Of a stretch of DNA of 64,000 nt, positions 63,100 to 64,000 are shown piece by piece. The DNA lies in assembly GCF_000143415.4 (NCBI RefSeq), contig NW_003314363.1, positions 248,001-312,000 on the forward strand, read 5' to 3'. The translations under genes and the position numbers were made by a program. This stretch comes from Selaginella moellendorffii. Taxonomy: Eukaryota > Plantae > Lycopodiophyta. Position 1 is the stretch's first letter, and each line of letters starts with the position of its first letter. The notes below the pieces were generated by a model. It was not told where the DNA came from and did not search any database. It saw only the letters and a program-made list of their open reading frames with translations.

Positions 63100-64000
63100 A
63101 TCCTCTTGATATTGGGCTTGGACCTTAAGTGTATAGTAAGAGAGGTTTTACTTGTGCAAGGATGGACAACAGGAGATCACTCAACTTGGTGAGTGCTTTC
63201 ACATTTGCCTATTCCTTTCCTAATTGTTTAATCCATAGCACATGTTCAAGGAGCTACAAATCAGTGGAGAATCCTTGTCATTGATTGTATCCAATGGATG
63301 GCAGCATATGAGGCATCCATATGAGTGTTTTTAAGTATTTATGGAATGCATTCTGATCTCTTCTTTTTCTTAGTGGCCTATGATATAGTGATTGATAGGC
63401 TGGAGTATTTCAATCTAGAAGCGCTTAGTTGTTTAACAAATATATATGTACATTCCCCATGTCCCAATGGGACTAATACAAAAATTAGGCATGCCACCCT
63501 CTCAATGAGCTACTCTATATGATCCTCTTGTGTCGCAACTAGACCTAGTCCCGGAGTAAAAGTGAACATAGTCGTCTCTTTCGGATCATGTTGATATCCA
63601 AGTCTCCCCTCGAATCAGACATAGAACAACATTTGGGGGGCACCACTGCTAGCAAATCTCGCCACCTACTATTCTGCCGAAACATGGGAGCCACTTGATC
63701 CTCCACTCCTCTAGCTGTCTTGGTTTCACCCGTTCTTTCAGGATGGCATAATGAAGACACACCACTATAAGAGTGAGTCTCCACCATGATGCCATTACCA
63801 TAGATATCCTTGCTTGTTGCCCATCGATGTGACAATGATTCCATGCTTCCCAAAGTGTTTGCACTCATGTCACTCTCCAAATGAACTAGCACTCATGGCT
63901 CATTGCCTGCATTTAGCTATTCCAGCACAGCCTTTGGTGATGGTATCCAAAACTCTTCAACAGGTACTATTGAGAGGTTGTACCAATCATCAAAGTAACT
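63100..64000 (-). pseudogene. Degenerate Ty1/copia RT-RNase H fragment
   Basis: SDSRGDLD resembles DSD..GDLD, followed by a VFTF-like segment. ANVKALTKL resembles the terminal ADxLTK motif. Confidence 0.55.

Overview
Plant nuclear genomic DNA, probably a seed-free land plant (fern or lycophyte; inferred from 59-75 bp introns, the 5S variant in Cassandra LTRs and the transposon families). It contains one host gene, a 5'-truncated three-exon 2-oxoglutarate/Fe(II) dioxygenase (1-1005). This is followed by a ~48-kb nest of LTR retrotransposons (3.0-51.6 kb): a very young intact non-chromovirus Ty3/gypsy element (E, 36877-44183; apparently identical 625-bp LTRs, 1981-codon gag-pol, tRNA-Gly-like PBS, small ORF inside the LTR); a decayed relative of it (D); two non-autonomous Met-PBS families (A, with a variable minisatellite inside its LTR, and B); four 5S-rRNA-containing Cassandra TRIMs; a deleted chromovirus-like element (G); solo LTRs; and several rearrangements. 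The most unusual region is ~51.6-63.1 kb, a decayed Mutator-like DNA transposon. Divergent from its GCM-like/DDE/SWIM transposase lies an intron-containing gene for a Pro-rich - ParB/Sulfiredoxin-like (DGNHR) - beta-class N4/N6 DNA-methyltransferase-like fusion. A ~97-bp-period palindromic repeat array sits between the two genes, and there is a possible third RING-like ORF. The window ends in decayed Copia pol. Family letters A, B, D, E and G are my working labels. All domain calls are by eye from motifs; no database search was run.
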